Shown piece after piece: positions 20,342 to 29,788 of a DNA stretch of 64,000 nucleotides. Below the pieces are notes generated by a model that saw only the letters and a list, made by a program, of their open reading frames with translations, was not told the origin of the DNA and ran no database searches. The stretch covers positions 2,496,001-2,560,000 of the forward strand of contig OZ243974.1 in assembly GCA_965214775.1 (NCBI GenBank), given 5' to 3'. This DNA is from Nitrosopumilus sp. (lineage in GTDB: Archaea > Thermoproteota > Nitrososphaeria > Nitrososphaerales > Nitrosopumilaceae). Every line of letters begins with the position of its first letter. Position 1 is the first letter of the stretch. Made by a program: the position numbers and the translations under genes.

Positions 20342-21202
20342 TCATCTTCTGGTTCCTTGGTCTTGTGCTTTGATGATTTGATGAAATTCGTCTAATTTTT
20401 GCATGATGTTTTCTTTTACCGTTCCTGGCATTTTTTTCGGATCAAACAAGCCTTCCCGGTTGTTATCCTTGACAAACTCAAGGTCAAAGGTACAGAGACA
20501 CCCCTCTTCTCCTGTCACTAGCTTTGAGTCATCAATAAGGACGGGAGTGATTTGGTATGTTTCTACCAGCAATGAATCCAGTTCCCTGAACAGCCTTGTT
20601 TTTCTTTCTGATAATTTTTGAAAATTTGTCCCCCCTGATTTTTCAATCTCCGCATAAATTTTTTCCCTAAACTCGTCATTTTCGTAAAAGATTTTAAATA
20701 ATTTTTGATGATCAAAGTCCCTGTATCCCATTTCCCTGAGTTTCTGCAAAACAAAGTCGTCGCTGTTATCTGACAGTTGCTGCTCTTGACTCTTTGTCAA
20801 ATCCACAACCTCTGCCAATTCTTTCTGACAGTCGATTACCCTCTGGTCTGGTTTGTAGTACAATAATACGTGAAACTGAATTGAGACGTGTCCTGAAACC
20901 AGGTAGTTGCCCTCGATGATTTCAAACTTTGCAAAAATTCTTCTAATGTCTTCATTGTTTGAGATAGAGACATCCTGGATGGACCATCCTTTTAATTTTT
21001 GAACAGTCATTTGGAAAAAATCCGATATTTTTTTCGGATCAAATGTTTTTTGTTCTGTTACCGTGGAATCCCCCATCATGACTTTGACTGGAACAGTGTC
21101 AGACAGATTTTTGATTTTGTTTAGGAACGTACTCTGGATCTCCTCATTTTTTGTGTTTAGCAATCGAATGAATTCATCGGGGGATCTAGCTCCAAGCCTC
21201 AC
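20342..21202 (-). CDS. Hypothetical protein
   Basis: 286-aa ORF. Confidence 0.75.
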   Translation of the reverse strand: MRLGARSPDEFIRLLNTKNEEIQSTFLNKIKNLSDTVPVKVMMGDSTVTEQKTFDPKKISDFFQMTVQKLKGWSIQDVSISNNEDIRRIFAKFEIIEGNYLVSGHVSIQFHVLLYYKPDQRVIDCQKELAEVVDLTKSQEQQLSDNSDDFVLQKLREMGYRDFDHQKLFKIFYENDEFREKIYAEIEKSGGTNFQKLSERKTRLFRELDSLLVETYQITPVLIDDSKLVTGEEGCLCTFDLEFVKDNNREGLFDPKKMPGTVKENIMQKLDEFHQIIKAQDQGTRR

Positions 21203-21208
21203 AAAATC

Positions 21209-21400
21209 ATGCCGCCTAGCCCTCTCCTTAAACCTTCATTAATGTCTAAATACATAAAATCATACTTTTTCATTGTGAAGGAGAAAGGCAAAATCCTGTG
21301 CGAGCATTGTGATGGCGAAATCACAGAATACTATCATGAAGGATATGAGGGAAATAGGGGCAAATGTCCTAAATGTGGCGCCGATTTTCCTTTAGAGTAG
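21209..21400 (+). CDS. Small Zn-ribbon protein
   Basis: CEHC...CPKC; stop abuts the cyclase start; true start may be downstream. Confidence 0.6.
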   Translation: MPPSPLLKPSLMSKYIKSYFFIVKEKGKILCEHCDGEITEYYHEGYEGNRGKCPKCGADFPLE

Positions 21401-22234
21401 GTGAAAAATATGTCCGATGAGCCAAAAACCAAAAACACTGAATCCAAGGAGGCTCCTGAAAACAAGGAGCAGTCCGCATCTCAAATCAACGTGGTAGACA
21501 TGCTCCTGAGTACAAACCGCGAGAAGATTTTAGATTCTGAAACAATGATTCTGGAAACCCAGAAAAGAGTGTGGGGCGCCCTAAAGAAGGGCTATGAATA
21601 TTCAGGCGTAATTGATGATTCTGAAAAATTTCTCAGGAAAAACGTTTTCTCAAAATTGGACATGATGATATTGTATGTTGATTTAGTTGGCTCCACAACA
21701 ATGACACTGGAAATGCCTGAAGAAAAAATTGCGATAATCATCAGTTCGTTTGCACAAGAGATGGCATCCGTCATCCGTCAACACCAGGGATATGTCTTAA
21801 AATTTGTCGGAGATGCGGTAATCGGGTATTTTGTCGCAGAAGGAAACGGCCTGCTTGCAGCAGATAATGCAGTCAATTGCGCAAAATCCATGATCACGGT
21901 GATTCAAAAAGGAATCAATCCCATCCTAAATCAGTATGATTATCCTGACTTGATGGTAAAAGTCGGTGTTGACTTTGGGCAAAACATTATTGTTCGTTAC
22001 GGCTCAGATGTTGAGAATTCCCACGTTGATCTGATGGGGCCCGCAATGAACATTGCAGCTAAGATTCAAAGCATGGCAAAACCCAACCAAATCTTGATTG
22101 GCAGCGACGTATTTCAGAGGTTGCACCCCACAACCCAAAAGGAATTTACCGAAATTATCTGGAAAAACAACGAATGGAAGTACCGTTCACGACTAACTGG
22201 TCAATTATACGCAGTTTATGAACACACGAAATAA
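21401..22234 (+). CDS. Class III adenylate/guanylate cyclase
   Basis: YVDLVGST, KFVGDAV, G.AMNIAAK. Confidence 0.9.
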   Translation: MKNMSDEPKTKNTESKEAPENKEQSASQINVVDMLLSTNREKILDSETMILETQKRVWGALKKGYEYSGVIDDSEKFLRKNVFSKLDMMILYVDLVGSTTMTLEMPEEKIAIIISSFAQEMASVIRQHQGYVLKFVGDAVIGYFVAEGNGLLAADNAVNCAKSMITVIQKGINPILNQYDYPDLMVKVGVDFGQNIIVRYGSDVENSHVDLMGPAMNIAAKIQSMAKPNQILIGSDVFQRLHPTTQKEFTEIIWKNNEWKYRSRLTGQLYAVYEHTK

Positions 22235-22339
22235 CATCATTGATTGTATGCGGTTGCCTGTCTTTTGGCCATCATTTACACATTCAGTCAAGAAAAATTC
22301 TCAATCAAACTAGGTACTGAACCTGCACATCATCATGTA

Positions 22340-22514
22340 CGAGTTTGCCCCCCACCTGAGATACGGCGTGGCAGACGTGATCATGAAGACTCCATAGTGC
22401 GTGCAGTTGAAAACGGAATATTTTTTTGGCAAAATATGCACGATGTGTCAAAATCGTATTCTATTTTTTGATGTTGGTACTGCAGTCAGCAGTGTAACCT
22501 GGGGGGTAAACTCT
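22340..22514. mobile_element. Family-B MITE containing a nested family-C MITE
   Basis: TIRs CGAGTTTGCCCCCC / GGGGGGTAAACTCT; 175 bp = 85 + 90 bp insert. Confidence 0.8.
22395..22482 (-). mobile_element. Family-C MITE (88 bp), CA/CA flanks
   Basis: Reverse-complement homolog of 41803-41890. Confidence 0.8.
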
Positions 22515-22637
22515 TGCCATCATCATCAAACCGCCGGAACAAAATGAGATGTTGTTTTGCAACTAGAATGGAAATGGCGACAAGGCACACATAAGCTCAC
22601 AACAGATTTTTGAGAATTATTTTTAACAAGGCAAAAG

Positions 22638-22784
22638 CTATACTGTAAAGTTATCCGGACACTCTACGTGCTCATAATGATGTTCTGTGAACTGCTCCTG
22701 AATCACATAGATGACAATCTTGTGTAGGTCCTTATCTTCGATGTCTTTTTTGCATTTTAGACAAATCTTCTTTTTTTCTGCCAT
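22638..22784 (-). CDS. 48-aa CxxC...HxxC zinc-finger microprotein
   Basis: Manual translation MAEKKKICLKCKKDIEDKDLHKIVIYVIQEQFTEHHYEHVECPDNFTV. Confidence 0.65.
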   Translation of the reverse strand: MAEKKKICLKCKKDIEDKDLHKIVIYVIQEQFTEHHYEHVECPDNFTV

Positions 22785-23069
22785 ACGTATCAGCGATCTA
22801 AAATGGTAGACTATAAGAGTCAGCGATCAGCTTGAATTGAGCAAAGATGACTGATTTTTTACTAATCGGTATATCAAACATAAGCGGTTGGGCCACACAC
22901 CATGGCACGCAGTCAGGCCACCTACTCCTTACATGCAGGCACAAATTTTGCAATGCGGGTGGTTTTTATGTCTAACAATCATTGATTCTGACACACCAAT
23001 CTGCAACAACCCTTCCGGATCCCCCGAAAATTAAATCCTTATATGCAATTCTGGACAGCTGAATCTGAC

Positions 23070-23753
23070 ATGGAGCAAATGATGAAAAGGGCAGAAATCG
23101 TGCTAGAGGGCATTGTCCAGGGCGTGGGACTTCGCTACACGGTTCGGTACGATGCAGGGATATGCGGCCTCAAGGGATATGTCATGAACCTAAGCGACGG
23201 CACAGTAAAAATCGTATGCGAAGGCAGAAAGGACAGCATCGAGAGGTTTGTTACAATGCTGGAAAATCTCAAGGATCCCATACTCGTACAAAACATTCAA
23301 AAAATCCATTCTGAAAAAAAAGACGAGTTTAAAACGTTTGAGATCAGGCACGAGGGCATGGATGCCCAAGCAACACAAAACATGTCACTTGAACAAAAGA
23401 ACTTCAAACTCTCGCAGACAATACTGGCAGAGATGGTGGAGGGGTTTGGCACCGGTGCCACGTATCTAAAAAAACTGGATTCAAAGCAGGATCAGATGCT
23501 AGACAAGCAGGATCAGATGCTAGACAAGCAGGATCAGATGCTAGACAAGCAGGATCAGATGCTAGACAAGCAGGATCAGATGCTAGACAAGCAGGATCAG
23601 ATGCTAGACAAGCAGGATCAGATGCTAGACAAGCAGGATCAGACAATCTCTGAGATACACAATTTGTCATCAAACGTAAGTGACATGCTAGACTCGAGAT
23701 TTCAAAAACTAGAGTCTGAAATATTCAAAATAAAGCAAAAGTTAGAGATATAG
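23070..23753 (+). CDS. Acylphosphatase fused to a heptad-repeat coiled coil
   Basis: GIVQGVGLR and GYVMN..DG.V motifs, then (KQDQMLD)x7. Confidence 0.85.
   Translation: MEQMMKRAEIVLEGIVQGVGLRYTVRYDAGICGLKGYVMNLSDGTVKIVCEGRKDSIERFVTMLENLKDPILVQNIQKIHSEKKDEFKTFEIRHEGMDAQATQNMSLEQKNFKLSQTILAEMVEGFGTGATYLKKLDSKQDQMLDKQDQMLDKQDQMLDKQDQMLDKQDQMLDKQDQMLDKQDQMLDKQDQTISEIHNLSSNVSDMLDSRFQKLESEIFKIKQKLEI
23484..23643 (+). repeat. 21-bp perfect tandem repeat, 7 copies plus a partial copy
   Basis: Unit AAGCAGGATCAGATGCTAGAC. Confidence 0.95.
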
Positions 23754-23782
23754 TTGCAGATAATTGATTCATACATTTCAAT

Positions 23783-23879
23783 GTAATGGGATAACCCATG
23801 CCTAGGTAACAATCAGGCGCACGTTTGCCCGCAGCTGTGCTTTTCATGCATGTCCGGCAGGTGGTCGTGACGTTGATTC
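23783..23879. mobile_element. Decayed family-G MITE
   Basis: Patchy match to the reverse complement of 48406-48498 (CAATCAGGC, TTTTCA.GC, CGTGAC). Confidence 0.45.
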
Positions 23880-24314
23880 TGTCTACGGACTATCTGTTAA
23901 TTTCAACACCATAACAGGCAGATAGATGTCCGAACTAGCTCAAGGTACGATCTTGCAAGTAGCATCGTGTGCGTGCAGTTTCTTGGCCATCTTTACAACC
24001 TGTACTTCCTCTCTTGTTACCTGCAATAAGCCTAGTGCATCAGGCCAGGATCGGGTGCGGGATGATGATGATGATGATGACAGGACAGACAAGTATGAAA
24101 AAGGGACACATGGTCTAATGCCGGCCCAGTCATCTCGTCGCATTGCCATCAGGTGTTGTAGAAGAGAATCTTGCATGCATCCAGGTACGCAAGATCGGCG
24201 GCATCCAGAACCACATGATCATAAAAGACTGCTGCCACGCTCAATTCAGTGGCTGCCCAGATGCTTGCCATCAAACGCCCAAAGGCAGAAATATAGCAAA
24301 AATTGCAATAAATT

Positions 24315-24689
24315 ATGGATGACATGGTAATAAGGCAATTACAAGACATCTATGGAATGAATCCAAACACTCCGCACATGGCTTTGCAGTTTCCAAGACT
24401 GCCGCCGGGGCTTTTACATCCCATGTTCAAAATTCATGAAAATCCCGTAAAAGAACAACTCTCAAAACAGGCATCTACAATTAATCAAAAATTGCAGGGA
24501 TTTCAGCACATGTATCAGCAATATGCGGCAGGACTGCTAACGATGAATTCTGCAATCATACCTCCTGGACACCCATTATACACAAGGCAAAATTCAGTTG
24601 AAACACTACAGACAGAAAATGACAAACTTCTCAAAGAAAACCTGGAATTAAAGAAGAAAATACAAAAAGAGTCCGAGCAAAGATCCTAA
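24315..24689 (+). CDS. Hypothetical protein with C-terminal coiled coil
   Basis: 124-aa ORF. Confidence 0.65.
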   Translation: MDDMVIRQLQDIYGMNPNTPHMALQFPRLPPGLLHPMFKIHENPVKEQLSKQASTINQKLQGFQHMYQQYAAGLLTMNSAIIPPGHPLYTRQNSVETLQTENDKLLKENLELKKKIQKESEQRS

Positions 24690-24743
24690 CCTCGTTTCAA
24701 CTTTTGTAACTGGTAAGAATCCTTATAAATTCAGAAACCCACT

Positions 24744-25136
24744 TTGTTCATGGTAAAAACTCCTGCAGACAAGTGGAAGGCAGCAATTGCAAAATACAGA
24801 AAACAGTGCCAGGATATCCTGGGACTTTCAAAAGATATCCGCTATTCTGGCGTAATAAACAGTTACGGCAGAACGTTAACTGGCATAGTCCGTCCTGACT
24901 TGAAACCGTTGTTAAAATCCGAACAAGTCAAAAATGAATTCTTTATAGTTTCGACATTGGTGTCGCTAAGAAAGGAATCCGTTTCAACAGTTGGAAAATT
25001 AGAACACATGGTTTTACATCACCAAAAAGTCACCATAGTACTGTTGCAAAAAAGAGACGTAACATACTATGTCTCAATTAACAAAAAAGAAAAAAACCTG
25101 GAAAATATTGTCTCTTCGATTAAAAAGATAATCTAA
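24744..25136 (+). CDS. Roadblock/profilin-like (DUF6659-type) protein
   Basis: IRYSGVIN..G....G..R..L..LL pattern. Confidence 0.6.
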   Translation: MFMVKTPADKWKAAIAKYRKQCQDILGLSKDIRYSGVINSYGRTLTGIVRPDLKPLLKSEQVKNEFFIVSTLVSLRKESVSTVGKLEHMVLHHQKVTIVLLQKRDVTYYVSINKKEKNLENIVSSIKKII

Positions 25137-25546
25137 GCGGGGGTAAATCCCTGGTATCCGCTAGTTTGTTGGGCTTTGTCTCCAAAGATCGGCTCGAATA
25201 ACGATATCAGATATCCGTCTGGGTCTACAATGACTGCATTTTTTCCCGCATCCTTTTCTACGATGTCACGATGAATTTTAACTCCTTTTTCTTTTAATTC
25301 ATCAACTGCAGCTTGGACATCTCCTACAAGGAAACCTATTGTGATGCCGTTATCTATTGAACTGCCCACATGTTCGGCAGTCAGCGATGCTGGATGCAAA
25401 CTCAACAGAGCTCCCGTAGTTCCCAGGTCGACCCATGCCCTTCTCTGATTCTTAATTGGAAGTCCAATGATTCCGTTGTAGAACGCTATTGATTTGTCTA
25501 TGTCAGTTACAGCCAAAATCACGTTTCCGACTTTTTTGATGTTCAC
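25133..25546 (-). CDS. VOC/glyoxalase family protein
   Basis: V.DIDKS.AFY...G, F.V.D, DPDG. Confidence 0.85.
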   Translation of the reverse strand: MNIKKVGNVILAVTDIDKSIAFYNGIIGLPIKNQRRAWVDLGTTGALLSLHPASLTAEHVGSSIDNGITIGFLVGDVQAAVDELKEKGVKIHRDIVEKDAGKNAVIVDPDGYLISLFEPIFGDKAQQTSGYQGFTPA

Positions 25547-25579
25547 AGATACCTTACCTCAAAGCTCTTTAAATCATTT

Positions 25580-25798
25580 TCACTGAACCTCAACCATGGT
25601 TTCGGTTCTCTCAACACCGGCAATTTTTTGGATTTGATGGGTAACTTCCTTGATTTCTGCCAATTCTTGAACGTCAATTATTGCTACTGCGTCAACCTGA
25701 CCGCTTGTTGGGAATGAATCTGAAACAGAATTCACTCTTCTCAATCTGGCAGCGATTAATTTTTTAGGTGATTTTACCAAAATAATTGCCCTTACCAA
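25580..25798 (-). CDS. Stand-alone Lrp/AsnC ligand-binding domain protein
   Basis: G..D and I.GV..TET pattern. Confidence 0.75.
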   Translation of the reverse strand: MVRAIILVKSPKKLIAARLRRVNSVSDSFPTSGQVDAVAIIDVQELAEIKEVTHQIQKIAGVERTETMVEVQ

Positions 25799-26046
25799 CC
25801 CAGATTGACCTCCACCTCGATTAACGTCTCAGTCGTCACAATGTCCTTGATTTTTTTAAAATCAATTACCATGTTGTTGATTTCGTCAATTCCGCCTTGC
25901 AACAATACGCTGATATCTGCTCTTCCTGTAACTACCATTATTTGTTTCACAATCCTTCTTTTTTTCTTTAAAATTTGGACTACGGCATCTACCTTGCCTG
26001 GTTTAACAGTGATTAAACACAACGCTCGCATGCAGTATATACACAT
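25792..26046 (-). CDS. Stand-alone Lrp/AsnC ligand-binding domain protein
   Basis: KPGKV..V, VTG..DI, I..TETLI. Confidence 0.75.
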   Translation of the reverse strand: MCIYCMRALCLITVKPGKVDAVVQILKKKRRIVKQIMVVTGRADISVLLQGGIDEINNMVIDFKKIKDIVTTETLIEVEVNLGW

Positions 26047-26063
26047 CCGACTCGGATAAAGAT

Positions 26064-26588
26064 TTAGTCAAATGCCTCTTGTGAGCGTGCCTCTTCAAGA
26101 TATGCCCTTCTTTCCTCATTTACCTTTTCTTGGTCGATCTCAATATCGTCGTCTACAATTACAATTCCCATGTCTCCCATGGGCGGTTCTTTGGATACTT
26201 TTTTCGTGGTTTTTGCCTTACTTTTAGAGGCCGCCTTTGACTTTGTCGTCTTTGTATTTGATTTTGCCGCTGCCTCCTTTTTCTTTGCCGCTGCCTCCTT
26301 TTTCTTTGCCGCTGCCTCCTTTTTCTTTGCCGCTGCCTCCTTTTTCTTTGCCGCTGCCTCCTTTTTCTTTGCCGCTGCCTCCTTTTTCTTTGCCGCTGCC
26401 TCCTTTTTCTTTGCCGCTGCCTCCTTTTTCTTTGCCGCTTTAGTCTCTACTTTTTTTGCAGCCTTTGCCGCTTTAGTCTCTACTTTTTTTGCAGCCTTTG
26501 CCGCTTTAGTCTCTACTTTTTTTGCAGCCTTTGCCGCTTTAGTCTCTACTTTTTTTGCAGCCTTTGCCGCAGTCTTTTTTTCAGCCAT
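26064..26588 (-). CDS. Lys/Ala-rich repeat protein with acidic C-terminus (histone H1-like composition)
   Basis: (AAKAAKKVETK)x4 followed by (KKEAAAK)x8. Confidence 0.8.
   Translation of the reverse strand: MAEKKTAAKAAKKVETKAAKAAKKVETKAAKAAKKVETKAAKAAKKVETKAAKKKEAAAKKKEAAAKKKEAAAKKKEAAAKKKEAAAKKKEAAAKKKEAAAKKKEAAAKSNTKTTKSKAASKSKAKTTKKVSKEPPMGDMGIVIVDDDIEIDQEKVNEERRAYLEEARSQEAFD
26263..26562 (-). repeat. Compound tandem array: 21 bp x8 (26263-26430) plus 33 bp x4 (26431-26562)
   Basis: Units TTTGCCGCTGCCTCCTTTTTC and TTTGCCGCTTTAGTCTCTACTTTTTTTGCAGCC. Confidence 0.95.
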
Positions 26589-26799
26589 GAATGTCGAAAA
26601 TCAAGAGGCAGTCTAGCTATTAAACATTATGCAGAATCAGATTTTTCAAAAAACATTTTACTTTCCGGCGATCAGTCAATAACAATTTCATATTTTTTTG
26701 ATTTTCTTTAAAATTTTATATTTGTAAAATAAGGCCGTCTTAGTCAATATTTGACTCCCCAGATACCTTATCAAATCCCTTGTTAATTGACTTTAGGAG

Positions 26800-27141
26800 G
26801 TGGAGAAAATAGCAACACTAGCAGATTATGCAACGATTGGCGATTCGGCAAGCTTGGCAAAAATTGGCGATAATGCATTCACCATAACATCAATCGAAGA
26901 TTCTGATTATGTTCAGGGATCTGATGTAACAAAAGGTGTAAAAATCACCACAAGAGAGACGTTTGAAATTGATGGCAATTTCATCAACAAATTCTATACT
27001 ACCAGAGTGGCAATAGTTAAGAAATTCAACAATGAGCGACTGAGAACCGATGTCAACAATGGCAAACCCCTTGGCCCTGTCAAATGTGTCTTGGAAAAAT
27101 CATCATCTGGAAAAAATTTTTACAATTTAATCGATGCATGA
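26800..27141 (+). CDS. Hypothetical protein
   Basis: 113 aa; GGAGG next to the start; AT-rich flanks. Confidence 0.7.
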   Translation: MEKIATLADYATIGDSASLAKIGDNAFTITSIEDSDYVQGSDVTKGVKITTRETFEIDGNFINKFYTTRVAIVKKFNNERLRTDVNNGKPLGPVKCVLEKSSSGKNFYNLIDA

Positions 27142-27421
27142 AAACGATTTTCAACCTTTTCTTTTTTTTCAAAAGATATGGCGTAATCAAAGCCTGTATT
27201 CCATCTGGAAAAAATGCGAGTCAGACCATTGTTTTTGCTTGTTTATTGACATAATTTGAGGTATCGTGTTTCACGCCTTGTTTTTTGTTTTTGTCTGATT
27301 TTTCAGCACGGTATGCTTGTATGCAATACTAGAACAAATCAGCACTTTATCACATGTCATCATTACAGATAAGACCATTTTTGAAAATAGTTTTTTAATT
27401 AATTGCATTGTAGGTAATTGT

Positions 27422-27868
27422 ATGAAATCAAAGATCAGCTGGATTGTTGGATTGTGTAGTATTCCTTTGATTTTGTTGATTGTGATACCTCAAAGCAACA
27501 TTGACTGTACCGGAGATGCCATGTGCATTAAGGGGAAAATCAGCAATATTGTTGATGGGGACACTCTGGATGTGGGCAAGCATCGAGTCCATTTATCATT
27601 GACATCTTCCCCTGAATTGGACCAATTTGGAGGCATTGAGGCCAAAGAATATGTGAAAAAAACGTGTCCTGTGGATTCTGATGTGTTGGTTGATGAGGAT
27701 GATGGCCAAGTTGATGCAAGTCCCGACAGAATAACTGGCAAGGTTTATTGTCAGGGTATTTTATTAAACGAAAAAATTTTAGAGGCACGACATGGCCAAA
27801 TCTCTTCTGTGTTTTGCTCTCAAAGTGAATTTGGAAATGAAGAATGGGCCACAAAATACGGATGTTAG
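27422..27868 (+). CDS. Thermonuclease (SNase-like) protein with N-terminal anchor
   Basis: IVDGDT, SPE, G.EA, R..GKVYC...LNE. Confidence 0.8.
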   Translation: MKSKISWIVGLCSIPLILLIVIPQSNIDCTGDAMCIKGKISNIVDGDTLDVGKHRVHLSLTSSPELDQFGGIEAKEYVKKTCPVDSDVLVDEDDGQVDASPDRITGKVYCQGILLNEKILEARHGQISSVFCSQSEFGNEEWATKYGC

Positions 27869-27874
27869 TTAAAG

Positions 27875-27948
27875 TGCCGCGGGCGGGATTTGAACGCGCG
27901 ACAGCCCGGTCTTCAGCCGAGTGCTCTCCCAGGCTGAGCTACCACGGC
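27875..27948 (-). tRNA. tRNA-Phe(GAA), intronless, CCA not encoded
   Basis: Cloverleaf: GCCGTGG/CCGCGGC acceptor, CT-GAA-GA anticodon loop, TTCAAAT T-loop. Confidence 0.92.
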
Positions 27949-27991
27949 ACTTAGAAAAAAGGACTCAGTTGAGGAATTAAAGTTTGTCTTT

Positions 27992-28528
27992 TTAGTTCTT
28001 CCACAAAATATCTCCTCTGTCGCTTCTCTTGTTGATCAAGCGTCCCAGTACAAATAGAAGATCCGACAATCTGTTAAGGTATCTTATGCAGTTAGAGTTA
28101 ATCTCGTCTTTTTCACTCAGGTTGACCACCAACGTTTCAGCTCGTCGAGTCACCGTCCTGACATGGTGTGTTTGGGCTGCAGCAGGAACCCCTCCAGGCA
28201 AAATAAAGTTCGTCAGCAAAGGCAGCTCTGATTCAAATTTATCAATCAGCAGTTCCAGCTTCTCGATCATCTCCAATGACACTCTGTTTTTTGAGTCATT
28301 AAGATTCGGATTAGACAGGTCAGCCCCGACTAGAAACAAGTCATTTTGAACATTTGTCAATGTTTCCGAAATGTCCCTGTCCAGAGAATGGGACAAAACT
28401 ATTCCCAAGGCTGCGTTAATCTCGTCAATGGCCCCATATGCCATGATTCGCCGGTGTGATTTCCCAATACGGAGGTTTCCCTGGAGTCCCGTGCTTCCAT
28501 CATCCCCTGTTTTGGTGTAAATCTTCAT
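27992..28528 (-). CDS. PduO-type cob(I)alamin adenosyltransferase
   Basis: IYTKTGDDG.T, FILPGG, RRAE, YLNRLSD. Confidence 0.92.
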   Translation of the reverse strand: MKIYTKTGDDGSTGLQGNLRIGKSHRRIMAYGAIDEINAALGIVLSHSLDRDISETLTNVQNDLFLVGADLSNPNLNDSKNRVSLEMIEKLELLIDKFESELPLLTNFILPGGVPAAAQTHHVRTVTRRAETLVVNLSEKDEINSNCIRYLNRLSDLLFVLGRLINKRSDRGDILWKN

Positions 28529-28589
28529 GGTGATAATACTATGGGCAATCAACTATTATGTTGTTCGAAAAAATCTCAAAATTCATTAC

Positions 28590-29147
28590 ATGGGAAATCA
28601 TGACAAAATCACGATGATGATGATGGAAAAGTTTCTTGACATTGCCATTAACCTCAAGAAAATACCCCGCAGAGGATGGGTTGAAAAACTAGATCTGAAA
28701 AATCCCGAGTCTGTGGCAGACCACACCTTCATGATGAGCGTGGTGGGGATGCTGGTATCGGATTATGAAGATCACGATTTTGAAAAAATCCTAAAGATGA
28801 CATTGCTGCATGACTTGGCCGAATCAAAAATAGGAGATTTCACTCCTGATCAAATCCCCAAAGAAAAAAAACTAGAGTTGGAAAATCGGGCTTTCCGTGA
28901 GCTGTTCGGTTTGCTGCCTTCCAACCTGCAAGAAAACTATCAAAAAATTTGGAACGAATTCACAGAATGCAAAACAGACGACTCCAAACTTGTTCATGAA
29001 ATTGACAAATTAGAGATGGCCATTCAGGCAAAAAAATACGAACAAAGTGGAATTTCTAGAGAAAAGTTGCAGACATTCTACGATTCAGCAGAAAAAGGGA
29101 TTCACCATCCCAAATTAAAAGAATTATTTACAAAGATGTGCAAGTGA
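28590..29147 (+). CDS. HD-domain hydrolase (HDDC2-like)
   Basis: R.GW, ESVADH, LHDLAE, DKLE. Confidence 0.88.
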   Translation: MGNHDKITMMMMEKFLDIAINLKKIPRRGWVEKLDLKNPESVADHTFMMSVVGMLVSDYEDHDFEKILKMTLLHDLAESKIGDFTPDQIPKEKKLELENRAFRELFGLLPSNLQENYQKIWNEFTECKTDDSKLVHEIDKLEMAIQAKKYEQSGISREKLQTFYDSAEKGIHHPKLKELFTKMCK

Positions 29148-29155
29148 CAGCAATG

Positions 29156-29377
29156 TCTGAGCAAAACAAAGACGAGTTAATCGAAGCTCAAAAACAGGTA
29201 ATCGGCATCTTGTTTGAGGTGATAAAACGCCTTCAGGCAAACAACGATCTTGACGAAGAGTATTTCAAAATCGTATCAAGCCCCAACAATGATGAAAAGC
29301 GGTTAAGGGAAATCATCAAGGAAAGGGCAGAAAACGCCAAGATTGCAGGCAGGCTGCTAGGGCAACTGGAGATATAG
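29156..29377 (+). CDS. Hypothetical protein
   Basis: Short helical ORF directly after the HD gene; start approximate. Confidence 0.6.
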   Translation, partial: SEQNKDELIEAQKQVIGILFEVIKRLQANNDLDEEYFKIVSSPNNDEKRLREIIKERAENAKIAGRLLGQLEI

Positions 29378-29379
29378 CA

Positions 29380-29715
29380 TCAACATATGTGGCTGCTGTT
29401 ACCGCTGTCACTACCGCTATTGCAATCATCATCTGAAATCATTCTCAATTGTGATCCTTGTTGAAATTTGTCCTGAACATAATTTGACAAGTTTGCAATT
29501 CTGATGATTGGCTCTCTTGTCCTCCAACTTCCCTCGTTTTCAAACCAGAACTCTATCTCATCCACATCGTATCTTTCTCCGTCCTCGACTAATTTTTTAA
29601 AAATGGATTTTATTTCACTGACTTCTGATTCGGACAGTTTTGATTTGTCTTCAACCATGGTTGTAATTTCGTTTAGCTTGACGATTATTGGATTTGTCAG
29701 GGGCATAATCTGCAA
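29380..29715 (-). CDS. Hypothetical protein
   Basis: 111-aa ORF. Confidence 0.7.
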   Translation of the reverse strand: MQIMPLTNPIIVKLNEITTMVEDKSKLSESEVSEIKSIFKKLVEDGERYDVDEIEFWFENEGSWRTREPIIRIANLSNYVQDKFQQGSQLRMISDDDCNSGSDSGNSSHIC

Positions 29716-29788
29716 GCATGGGGGATTCTATAACAATCTTTATTCTGAGGCAATATTGTTTTTATAACAAATCAAATCTCTTCCAAGC

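Noticed and set aside
23484-23643. Possible CRISPR array
   Set aside because: Repeats are contiguous with no spacers, are in frame within a CDS, and there are no cas genes
23926-24330. 134-aa ORF with poly-Asp
   Set aside because: Composition is not protein-like; more likely decayed DNA with a GAT microsatellite
26170-26616. Plus-strand ORFs (FAAASFF)n and (LPLPPFS)n
   Set aside because: Antisense shadows of the K/A-rich repeat gene
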